Source of the DNA: Pristiophorus japonicus
Lineage: Eukaryota
Assembly (NCBI RefSeq): GCF_044704955.1
Contig: NC_091997.1
Coordinates: 67,022,001 to 67,086,000, forward strand
Reading direction: 5' to 3'
DNA: 64,000 nt
The position numbers were made by a program, and so were the translations under genes. This document shows, in pieces, positions 13,482 through 23,429 of this stretch. How positions within the stretch are numbered: the first letter of the stretch is position 1; every line of letters starts with the position of its first letter. The notes beneath the pieces are model-generated. The model had not been told where the DNA came from. It worked only from the letters and a program-made list of their open reading frames with translations, and did not search any database.

Positions 13482-13510
13482 TGCAAGCTCTTGGCCACTA
13501 GGGGGCTCTG
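13482..13510 (+). promoter_or_regulatory. CTCF consensus motif with possible upstream module
   Basis: TGGCCACTAGGGGGCTCTG at 13492-13510, preceded by TGCAA at 13482. Confidence 0.55.
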
Positions 13511-13576
13511 TGGACCGAGTTTCTGCACCCTCTCTCCCAACTCCGTCGCCATCTTGTATACCAAAAAAAACTTACA

Positions 13577-13626
13577 TTTATTATTAGTAAATGACCATGG
13601 CAACATGGTCATTTACTAATAATAAA
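13577..13626. repeat. Perfect 23-bp inverted repeat with 4-nt loop
   Basis: tttattattagtaaatgaccatg-gcaa-catggtcatttactaataataaa. Confidence 0.95.
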
Positions 13627-13726
13627 ACATTTTGATGTTTAGATTGTCCTTTCGAACCAAAGGTTACACCCTTACACAATGACGGGAATCCTGTGGTACA
13701 GAGCATGAATAGATCGGTTCTCTTAC

Positions 13727-13806
13727 TTCTCCAATGCACTGCGGACTGGCGGAAGTCCTCCACAGCTGTGTTTGTGAACGGTCTCCAGAAGTTGGCAGCC
13801 ATGAAT
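13727..13806 (-). CDS. TUBGCP4: TUBGCP4 exon 6 (IHGCQLLETVHKHSCGGLPPVRSALE plus 2 nt of K)
   Basis: Acceptor ctttag|ATT, donor AA|gtaaga; 80 nt; phase 2 matches exon 7. Confidence 0.95.
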
Positions 13807-14855
13807 CTAAAGCGGCAAAACAAAGACGTGGTGAAAACCAATCTATCTATTGTACCAGTAGCCATCAATTTACAGCGCAAAACTCAATGTTACTCTCAAA
13901 ATATTCCATTTTGTTTTTAAAGGTATAATCGTATTCTCTCTCCTTCCCAACTCTTGCTGGGTTGTTTCCATGGGCACTGACTGGCCTCTTCTACCGGTTC
14001 CAAATGGCAAGAGCAAAGATGTTGAGTATCTGCATGATATTCAACCATGGTAAGGCATCACATTGAGCTTGACCTTGTCCACATCTAATATCCACACGCA
14101 TGCACTCGCAAGTGAGGACCATTGTAGTGAGCAGGAGTAGGTATCCTGACTGGGTTTTCCCATCTTTGAGTCCAGGGACACAGAGACTGACTGTATCTCC
14201 TATCATCCTGCCTTGGGGGTGCTTAGCTAATCCAACACACACCGGGGACTGAACCGGGATGATGCTAGTACTAAGTGGTTATAACTATCAGGAAAGGCTG
14301 AATAGGCAGGGGCTCATTTCTCTAAAAAAGAGGCTGAGGGGTGACCTGGTAGAGATCTTTAAGATCATGAAAGGGTAGACTTAGGGAAGATGGTGGTGGA
14401 GACCAAAATTAGGACCCAGAAATATAAAATAGTCACTAATAAATCCAAGAGGGAATTCAGGAGAAACTTCTTTGCCCAGAGAGTGGTGAGAATGTGGAAC
14501 TCGCTACATATTGGCAAGGACACCGGGGATAATTCACCTGCTCTTCTTCAAATAGTGCCATGGGATCTTTTATATCCACTTGAGGGCAGACGGGATATCG
14601 GTTTACCGTTTCGTTTGTAAGACGGCACCTTCGACCTTCTGACTCAGAGGCGACCATGGTAGCACTGAGCACTGGCTAAAATATTCCTGGTCCATACAGT
14701 ACCAAGACTAAAGGGAGACGAGTTAAATCAGGAAGCAGTAACGAGATGACAAGTTGCCTGGATCCCACAAGAGAAAGGCAGACAGTCTGCTCCATGAACA
14801 GTAGACATCTGAGCAACAACGTAGTTCATAAATAACTCACTAAACCAACGCTTAC

Positions 14856-14912
14856 CTTTTGAGATTTTATTTGTTCAACCACCACCATAACAGACGGAAA
14901 CAGCAGCTGAAA
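14856..14912 (-). CDS. TUBGCP4: TUBGCP4 exon 5 (FQLLFPSVMVVVEQIKSQK)
   Basis: Acceptor tcccag|TTT, donor AAG|gtaagc; 57 nt. Confidence 0.95.
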
Positions 14913-15200
14913 CTGGGAACAGGAATGAACTGTTAGTCGCACAGGAAGAGAGATCAATATTGTACCAGAACACCTTGGCTCAGTGTGCCCAGACTGATGT
15001 GGTTAAGAGCTCCTCTCCACATTATTTGCAAGAGTCACAGAAGAAATAAGACTGGGTAGTCAAACCCAGTTCCTTATAGTGTAATTCCACAATGCAGGGG
15101 AATGGCAGCATAGTGGTTATGTTATTAGTAATCCAGACTGCTCCATTTTTGATCGGGGCAGAGGAGCAGTGAGAGGTCGGGGCCCAGTAGCATCGTGATC

Positions 15201-15830
15201 AGGGCCCAGGAGAGGCGAGGGTTCGGGGCCCAGGAGAGGCGAGGGTTCGGGGCCCAGGAGAGGCGAGGGTTCGGGGCCCAGGAGAGGCGAGGGTTCGGGG
15301 CCCAGGAGAGGCGAGGGGCCGGGGCCCAGGAGAGGCGAGGGTTCGGGGCCCAGGAGAGGCGAGGGTTCGGGGCCCAGGAGAGGCGAGGGGCCGGGGCCCA
15401 GGAGAGGCGAGGGGCCGGGGCCCAGGAGAGGCGAGGGGCCGGGGCCCAGGAGAGGCGAGGGGCCGGGGCCCAGGAGAGGCGAGGGGCCGGGGGCCCAGGA
15501 GAGGCGAGGGGCCGGGGGCCCAGGAGAGGCGAGGGGCCGGGGGCCCAGGAGAGGCGAGGGGCCGGGGGCCCAGGAGAGGCGAGGGGCCGGGGGCCCAGGA
15601 GAGGCGAGGGGCCGGGGGCCCAGGAGAGGCGAGGGGCCGGGGGCCCAGGAGAGGCGAGGGGCCGGGGGCCCAGGAGAGGCGAGGGGCCAGGGGCCCAGGA
15701 GAGGCGAGGGGCCCAGGAGAGGCGAGGGGCCAGGGGCCCAGGAGAGGCGAGGGGCCAGGGGCCCAGGAGAGGCGAGGGGCCAGGGGCCCAGGAGAGGCGA
15801 GGGGCCAGGGGCCCAGGAGAGGCGAGGGGC
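15201..15830. repeat. G-rich minisatellite, 24-25 bp unit (GGCCCAGGAGAGGCGAGGGKYCGG), about 26 copies
   Basis: Directly visible tandem array. Confidence 0.95.
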
Positions 15831-16913
15831 AGCATGGGCCAGCCCTTACTGCGATTTATGGATAATAGGAGCATGCGTGAGCACTAGGTCCGTGCAGCAG
15901 AGCTGTCGTCTTGGTAAACCTTTGCCACTGGATCAAGTCCGTGTAGTGGGTGTGCAACGGCCACCCCACGTTAAAAGAATCCATGCCCAGGCACCTTCCT
16001 CCCTTTAGTATGTAGTTCGGGACCTAGATTGTCAGGTCCCTCATCGAAACACCTGTGAACTCATCTATTTTTGGTGTAGAAGCAGGTCATCCTCGATACG
16101 AGGGACTGCCTAATACAGTAATCCAGAGACCTGGACTAATGATCTGGAGGACCCAAGTTCAAAACCCACCACGGCAGCTGGGGAATTTTAATTCCATTAA
16201 ATAAATTTGGAATAGAATCAGTAAAGGTGACCATGAAACTACTGGATTGTCGTAAAAAGCCATGACTAATGCCCTTTAGGGAAGGAAATCAGTCGTCCTT
16301 ACTCGGTCTGTGACTCCAGACCCACAACAATGCCCTCTGAGATACAAGTCACTCGGTTGTATCAAACCGCTATGAAAAGCAATCACCACACGGACTGCAG
16401 CGGTTCAAGATGGCGGCTCACCACCACCTTCACGGGCAATTAGGGATGGGCAATAAATGCCAGCCCTGCCAGCGACGCCCACATCCAGAGAATAAAAAAA
16501 GAACTACCTGTAAAAATATAACCGAAATATGTACAGCATTCTGAAAGACGGGGAGGTAATGGAGGAATTGTAATGAATAATTCAATGCTCCAATTAAAAT
16601 TGCAATACAGACAGGTCCCCCACACTCTTTGAAAGGATTCCCATTATCACCTGTGCTGATCCTTGCAGAACAGGTTCGAGGGGCTGAAAGGCCTACTCCT
16701 GTTCTTATAGCCTGGCCCCAGAAGTTGCACCCAAATCTCCTGACTGCACACACCAGTGTCGTCTGTAAGCAGTCCAGTCGGGAGATTTGCTTTCAACACA
16801 GCGAGGGGCGGAAGTGATTCAGCAAGATTTCAAGTCACTTTACACTAATGGGCCTCGTTTTAAAACATGCAATGAATCTGGAGCAGCTTCAACATACTGC
16901 AACAGGAGCTTAC

Positions 16914-16967
16914 CTGATCCAAGGAGTAGTTGACATGAGAGACGGAGAGGTGTGGGTCTGCCAAGAA
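16914..16967 (-). CDS. TUBGCP4: TUBGCP4 exon 4 (FLADPHLSVSHVNYSLDQ)
   Basis: Acceptor ttgcag|TTC, donor CAG|gtaagc; 54 nt. Confidence 0.95.
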
Positions 16968-18033
16968 CTGCAAGCAAATAAACAAGAACATAAGAAATAG
17001 GAGCAGGAGTCGGCCATTCGGCCCCTCGAGCCTGCTCCGCCATTCAATAAGATCATGGCTGATCTGATCCTGGCCTCAACCCCACTTCCCCGCCCGCTCC
17101 CATAACCCTTCACTCCCTTATCGTTCAAAAATCTGTCTATCGCCACCTTAAATATATTCAATGACCCAGCCTCCACAGCTCTCTGGGGCAGGGAATTCCA
17201 AAGATTCACGATCCTCCGAGAGAAGAAATTCCTCCTCATCTCCGTCTTAAATGGGCGACCCCTTATTCTGAAACTATTCCCCCCTAGTTCTAGATTCCCC
17301 CACGAGGATAAACATCCTCTCTGCATCTACCCTGTCAAGCCCCCTCATAATCTTAACACGTTTCAAACTATATCTTGTAGGAGCCACAAAAGTACATAAG
17401 GATTCTTAAAAAAAAATACTTGCTTATAGCCAATATTTATCCCTCAACCAACATCACTAAAACAGAAAATGTTATTTCATTGCTACGCGCAAATAGGCTG
17501 CCGCGATTCTCTACATTACAACAGTGCCTACACTTCAAAAAGTACTTCACTGGCTTTAAAGCGCTTTGGAATGTCTGGAGATTGTGAGCTTGTGCAAGGC
17601 GCTATATAAATGCAAGTTCTTTCTTTACTAGCCGATCTCCTTTGATGTACAGAAAGCAGGTGGGACATCGACAAGGTATCTCACGGTCACTGTGGGGTCC
17701 TGGAACTCGTTTTGATGACATTTGGAGGTCAATTTCCCAGATTTTGTGTTCACTGAAATGGCCTAGCCTTTTTTTTTTGCCTCTCCCAGGAGATTACGCA
17801 GCTACTGGTGGCTGGGGGTGGGGGGGATTGGGGATTCTCAGCTGCACTGTGACTGTATGGGACAGGTGGAATGGACCAGCTGGTCTTTGCCTGTCTGTCA
17901 TTTTTGTATCTTGGTGCATCTAAAAAGAACTTCACACGATGTACTCGATTTGGAGTGCAGTGGTGCTGGTTGAGGGAGGAATGTTGGCTGGGACACCAGA
18001 AGGTCTCCCTGCTCTTCTTTGAATTGTACCTGG

Positions 18034-18777
18034 CAATGTTCCCGCTAAGGTGCGCACGCGCGGCTGCGCAGTAAAGAGACTTGCATTTATAAAGCGCCTT
18101 TCACAACCACCGGACGTCTCAAAGCATTTTATAGCCAATGAAGTACTTTTGGAGTGTAGTCACTGTTGTAATGTGGGAAATGCGGCAGCCAACCTGCGCA
18201 CAGCAAGCTCCCACAAACAGCAATGCGATAACAAAAACAGATTATCTGGTCATTATCTTGATTGTGGAATAAATATTGGCCCAGGACATTGGGGATAACT
18301 CCTCTGCTCCTCTTCAAAACAGTGGCATGGGATCTTTTACGTCGACCTGAGGGAGCAGACGGGGCCTCGGTTTGTCGTCTCATCCGAAAGACGGCACCTC
18401 CGACAGTGCGGCGCTCCCTCAGCACTGCACTGGGAGTGTCAGCCTAGATTTATGTGCTCAAGTCCCTGGAGTGGGACTTGAACCCACAACCATCTGACTC
18501 AGTAATATGAGAGGTACTGCGTAGGCCGCTCACTGGCTTTTACAGTGTGAATACCGCGCATGCGCAGAAACTTAAAGGGACCGCGCATGAAAAGAAGAAG
18601 GCTGCGATGAACAAAGTGCAGCTTATGGGGAACACTGGTGCCTTGGGATGTTCCCTTTAAGCTGTACGGCAGCGTGGCGCTGCAAGGATCACGCATAGCC
18701 GTTTCAATGCAAAACCCGCGCATATGTGATACTTTGAATGGGCCGCGCAGTCCCAAAATAAATTACAGGGAACATTG
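18034..18777. mobile_element. Two tandem hAT-like MITEs (TIR CAATGTTCCC/GGGAACATTG), the first containing a nested SINE; other copies at 7804-7958, 41299-41431 and partial at 24852
   Basis: Terminal inverted repeats visible; degenerate 8-bp flanking duplications (gtgccttg/gtgccatg here, atacagag/ccacagag at the 41299 copy). Confidence 0.6.
18073..18520 (-). mobile_element. SacSINE1/DeuSINE-like tRNA-derived SINE; partial copies near 25-290, 2395-2671, 6235-6435, 17425-17625 and 28530-28815
   Basis: tRNA-like B box (ggttcaagtcc on the minus strand), conserved core tgtgggagcttgctgtgcgca, 3' end aatgcaagtct. Confidence 0.75.
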
Positions 18778-19146
18778 GTGCCATGGAATCTTTATCATCC
18801 ACCTGAACCATTGGAACAGGCAGACCAGGCCTCCGATTAAGGAGGGAGAGAAGTTAGAATTGTATTGCTGGCTGTGTTTCCACAGTTCAAATGGACACAG
18901 TAAGAAAGACGTGCATTTATATAGTGCCTTCCACCACCACCAGAGGTCTCAAAAGTGCTTTATAGCCAATGAAGTACTTTTGAAGTGCAGTCACTGTTGT
19001 AATGTAGGAATGGCTTTTGATAAAGCAATGGAACTTTACTGAAATCTGACCGAACAACACCAAGTTTTCAAACAGTAGTGAACCTGCTTAAACATCTCAT
19101 AGTTAGTGTTTCTGCAATATTGTGGTACAGGTTGAAGATTAGTTAC

Positions 19147-19269
19147 CTCCTGCTCAAGGTCAAGTAGAGCCTGTCGGTAGGGCTGCAGCACGGAGTCTAG
19201 TCCGGTACAAAAGGCACGAAGGTAAATACCGTGCAGCCCAGCCTGGCCCTGCTGGGATGAGTGGCACTC
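19147..19269 (-). CDS. TUBGCP4: TUBGCP4 exon 3 (ECHSSQQGQAGLHGIYLRAFCTGLDSVLQPYRQALLDLEQE)
   Basis: Acceptor tttcag|GAG, donor GAG|gtaact; 123 nt; lies within ORF 19036..19278. Confidence 0.96.
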
Positions 19270-19397
19270 CTGAAACACATGAGTCGCAGCGTGAGAGAAG
19301 TCAATGCAAGATTAGACTGGATGAAGGAAAATGGGATAAAGGGAATATGGGAACAGGGTGGGTAAATGTGATTGGAACTATTTACTTTTGTGGAGGG

Positions 19398-20374
19398 CAT
19401 TATGCATTTGCTTCATGGGTTCTTTGCTTAAGAATTCATAGCAACACATTACTGTTAAGAACTAGTTGGTTTATTAGCAAAAGGTTTAACAATCACACTA
19501 CACATTACCAGTTCATCCACCAGGCTCACAACCACCTGCCTCATCGTGGATCCCCTGAACCCAACTGGCTGGGGTTTTATTGAGTCTTGTGAACATCATG
19601 TGACTGGCTAAGCCACTCACAATGCAACAGCTCTACAACTATTTTAGTTGATCTGTAAATCAAATGCCTCCTTATTAAAGCGGCACACAAACTGACAAAT
19701 AAACAAATTAACATTTGCCCATCAACTTAAATCAAATTAAAATGCACTCCAGTCCCTCTGGTGCCCACCTCTCGCGGAAGGCCGCGAGCGTACCGGTGGA
19801 CACCGCGTGCTCCATCTCCAGGGACACCCTGGCTCGGATGTAAACGCGGAAGAGAGACAGGCAGTCGGGCTGAATGACCCACTCGACCGCCCGCTGCCTG
19901 GACCGGCTGATGGCCCCCTTGGCCGTGCCCGGGAGCAGTCCTACGAGGAGGCCTTCCGACCTGCCCGCTCTCCTCCGCACAGGGTGCCCAAAGATCAGGA
20001 GTGTGGGACTGAAGTGCAACCAGAATTTGAGGAGCAGCCCCTTCAAATAATGGAACAGGAGCTGCAACCTCACACACTCAATAAAAACATGGAACACGGA
20101 CTCTTCCAGACCGCAGAAATTATAGGCAGCCTGGGAGCCCGTGAACCGACTTAAAAACTTATTGCTCTGTGCAACACCCTCCAGGCCAAGTCCCCAATAA
20201 ATAGTGGGAGGACTCCCATGTAGAGTGCACTCCATTGGGGACCCCCGTCTCCTCCGGATAGCAAGATGGTGTGCCATGGCGTGTCCGGACGGCAGACGAG
20301 GATGGCAAGGTGGAGAGTGTGCAGGAGCAGCCCGTACAAAACCTGTGAGCATACTCACAGGTGCATACATTACA
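19398..20374 (-). mobile_element. Solo-LTR-like element (TSD GAGGG) interrupted by a Tx1/L1-clade LINE 3' fragment (about 19639-20340)
   Basis: GAGGG at 19393-19397 and 20375-20379. The insert encodes an ORF2 C-terminal zinc-finger-like region (FCGLEESVFHVFIEC...FRERWAP). Confidence 0.8.
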
Positions 20375-22011
20375 GAGGGGAAAAGCCAACTTAGGCTATA
20401 TTGAAACAACGGCATTTTCAATAACCACAAACGTTTCTGTCTCTATTACCACGTTTAGTAGATTATTCCGACAGAAAGACAGAGTGATGAAGATGAATAG
20501 TTTTTTTTTTTAATTGCGCATATGGAAATAAAGGCAAATGGGCTTCTGGGGGCATTGAACATAAAAGCAAAGAAGTGATGTTGAATTTGTGCCAAGATAT
20601 CAGATAGGCTATTGATGGGAATATGGTGGCAAGTTCAGGGCATATAGGAAGGGTGTTAAGAGTCTTGGAAAAGGGTACAGTGAAGAACGATACCACATAT
20701 GAGTGGGTTGTCCCATGAGAAGAGATTGAGCCTACACTCTCTGGAGTTTAGAAGAATGAGGTGATCTCATTGAAACAAGTAAGATTCTGAGGGGGATTGA
20801 CAGGGTAGATGCTGAGAGGTCAGAGTGTCTAGAATCAGGGGTCACACAGTCTCAGGATAAAGCGAAGGCCATTTAAGGCTGAGATGAGGAGAAATTTCTT
20901 CACTCAGAGGGTTGTGAATCTTTGGAATTCTCTGCCCCAGCTGTGGAGGCAGAGTCTCTGAATATATTCAAGACTGAGATCGATAGATTTTTGGACTCTA
21001 CGGAATCAAGGGATATGGGGATCGAGCGGGAAAGTGGAGTTGAGGTCGAAGATCAGCCATGATCTCATTGAATGGCGGAGCAGGCTCGAGTGGCCGAATG
21101 GCCGACTCCTGCTCCCAATTCCTAGGTGAGGCTCGAGTGGAGTATAAACGCCGGCATGGACTGGTTGGGCCGAATGGCCTGTTTCTGTGCCGTATATCCT
21201 GCGTAATTCTATGTTTTCGTTATGAAGTAAAGCTTGAAATATTGGAGGATTTATTTACTGGAAGAGAAAAGATTAAAGATTAAAAGGAGGATCAGATAAA
21301 GCTTTTCAAAATTATGAAAGGCTTTTAGAGGATAAATAGTGACGGGTTATTTATATCGCTATTGGGGGCGGGGGGAGCGATGGATGGTCTCAGTATCATC
21401 ACTGGAATAATGAAGTCGGAACTTAGAAGAAATGTTTTCACAGAGGTTTATTAGAGCAAAGAATGTTTTACCACAAGTGACTACTGATGCATACATACAA
21501 CATCATTTAAATAGAAATTGGGTAAGAATTTGAAAAGGATATGAGTTGGATATGGGGAAGGGGATTAGAATAGACAGCTCCAATTAAATAATTACTGCCA
21601 GCATTGGAATGAAGGCTTTTTTCAGTGCTTAAATTCTATGATTCTGAGGCACAAACTTCAAACTTTTAGTTTTAATTTTGCATTTAATAATAATTCTGTT
21701 TAAAAAAGAAAGCCCATCCCAGCTGGCCTGATGATTCAGTCAGCCAGAGTAATTCATCTATCCCGATCGTGAGAGCCCCTGATCGAACCACAGTCAGCCT
21801 GAATCGGCAGATCTCATCTTGTGCCCCAGTTCAGGGCCTACAATCTGTCCCGTGCCCCCCACCCCTGACCCCCTTCCAGGTTTAGGGAGGGGGGGGGACT
21901 CTGCCGGGGCTCCTGCTCCCGATCTATTTCAAGAGATCCCAGTCGGAGAATAGTGGACCTCGGGAACAGGCTGCGGTCCCGTGCAGTGGAAGCCGATTTG
22001 TTGAATCCCTT

Positions 22012-22763
22012 TGTAATGCATTTGCTTCATGGGTTCTTTGCTTAAGAATTCAAAGCTATTAAGAACTAATTGGTTTATTAACAAAGGTTTAACAATCACA
22101 CTGCACATTACCAGTTCATCCACCAGGCTCACAACTGCATACCTCATCGTGGATCCCCCAAACCCAACTGGCCGGGGTTTTATTGAGTCTTGTGACCATC
22201 ATGCGACTGGCTAAACCACTCACCATGCAACAGCTCTACAACTATTTTGTTGAACCTATAAACCAAGTGCCCCCTTATTAAAAAGGGCATTAAAACCGAC
22301 AAATTAAACTTTTAACTTTAAACGGTCAAATTAAAATTTGGTTGCCGGGGGTGATGATGCACTCCAGTCCCTCCGGCGCCCACCTCTCGTGGAAGGCCGC
22401 GAGCGTACCGGTGGACACCGCGTGCTCCATCTCCAGGGACATTCTGGCTCGAATGTAGCTGTGGAAGAGAGGCAGGCAGTCGGGTTGAATGACCCCCTTG
22501 ACCGCCCGCTGCCTGGGCCAGTTAATGGTCACCTTGGCCATGCCCAGGAGCAGTCCTACGAGGAGGCCTTCTGACCTGCCCGCTCCCCTCCGCGCAGGGT
22601 GCCCACAGATCAGGAGTGTGGGACTGAAATGCAGCCCAGAATTTGAGGAGCAGCCCTTTCAAATATTGGAACAGGGGCTGCAACCTGACATAAACATGGA
22701 ACACGGACTCTTCCAGACCGCAGAAATTACAGGTGGCGCATACTCATAGGTGTGGATATTACA
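22012..22763 (-). mobile_element. Solo-LTR-like element (TSD CCCTT/TCCTT) interrupted by a Tx1/L1-clade LINE 3' fragment (about 22242-22737)
   Basis: TGTAATGCA...ATTACA termini; same 3' junction as the 19398 copy; shorter insert. Confidence 0.8.
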
Positions 22764-23300
22764 TCCTTCAAGCGAGAGCTGGACCTGTTTCTAGCTGGGG
22801 GGAGTGGGTGAAAATCACGTCATACACAAGGTAGGTACCGCAGGGAATTCAGGGCCAGAGTGATCGCCTGGACTAGTTTCCATCAGAGAGGTATTTCACA
22901 GATTTACCCCTCCCTCCAGGTTGGCCCGGTTTTTTAAAATCTGTTTTTTTCCCCGCCTCTACCAGGAGATCACATGGTTTTGGGTGGGGAGGGGAATGTG
23001 TATATTGTGATACACAGGGTATCACAACTGTGTGGGGCAGACTGGATGGACCATTGTTCGTGTTTGCACCAAGAGATCAGGTAAGAAAGGGAATGAGATT
23101 GATTATGATGCCTTCCACTGTTGCATATCCTGCTGACATTCACTATCTAAGCTCACACATGAAAAATGGACACTTAGGCAAGGTACCCGAGAGCTGCCCT
23201 TGTCAACGGTACCATACAAGTCAGAGCCTTCAGGAGAGGAGGAGAAAAATAGTAAGGACAAGAAAACCTCTCGGCTTAAGTTAGTAGCCACAGAACCTAC

Positions 23301-23429
23301 CTGTTGCTGCACATGTCCAGTGTACTGCTCAACAAATTCGGTGAAGCGTATGTAGTCGGTGCCTAACTTGCACAGACGATTTAAGACACTGGTCTCACTG
23401 GGGTGAAGGAACGGCAGATCCTGAGATAC
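23301..23429 (-). CDS. TUBGCP4: TUBGCP4 exon 2 (VSQDLPFLHPSETSVLNRLCKLGTDYIRFTEFVEQYTGHVQQQ)
   Basis: Acceptor cctag|GTATCT, donor CAG|gtaggt; 129 nt; continues the GCP4 sequence. Confidence 0.96.

Noticed and set aside
15125-15887. Gly/Arg-rich and Pro-rich ORFs on both strands
   Set aside because: Translation of a GC-rich minisatellite in a TUBGCP4 intron.
18470-18520. tRNA-like B box sequences (also near 29985, 41215, 61080)
   Set aside because: These are SINE heads and do not form a full cloverleaf.
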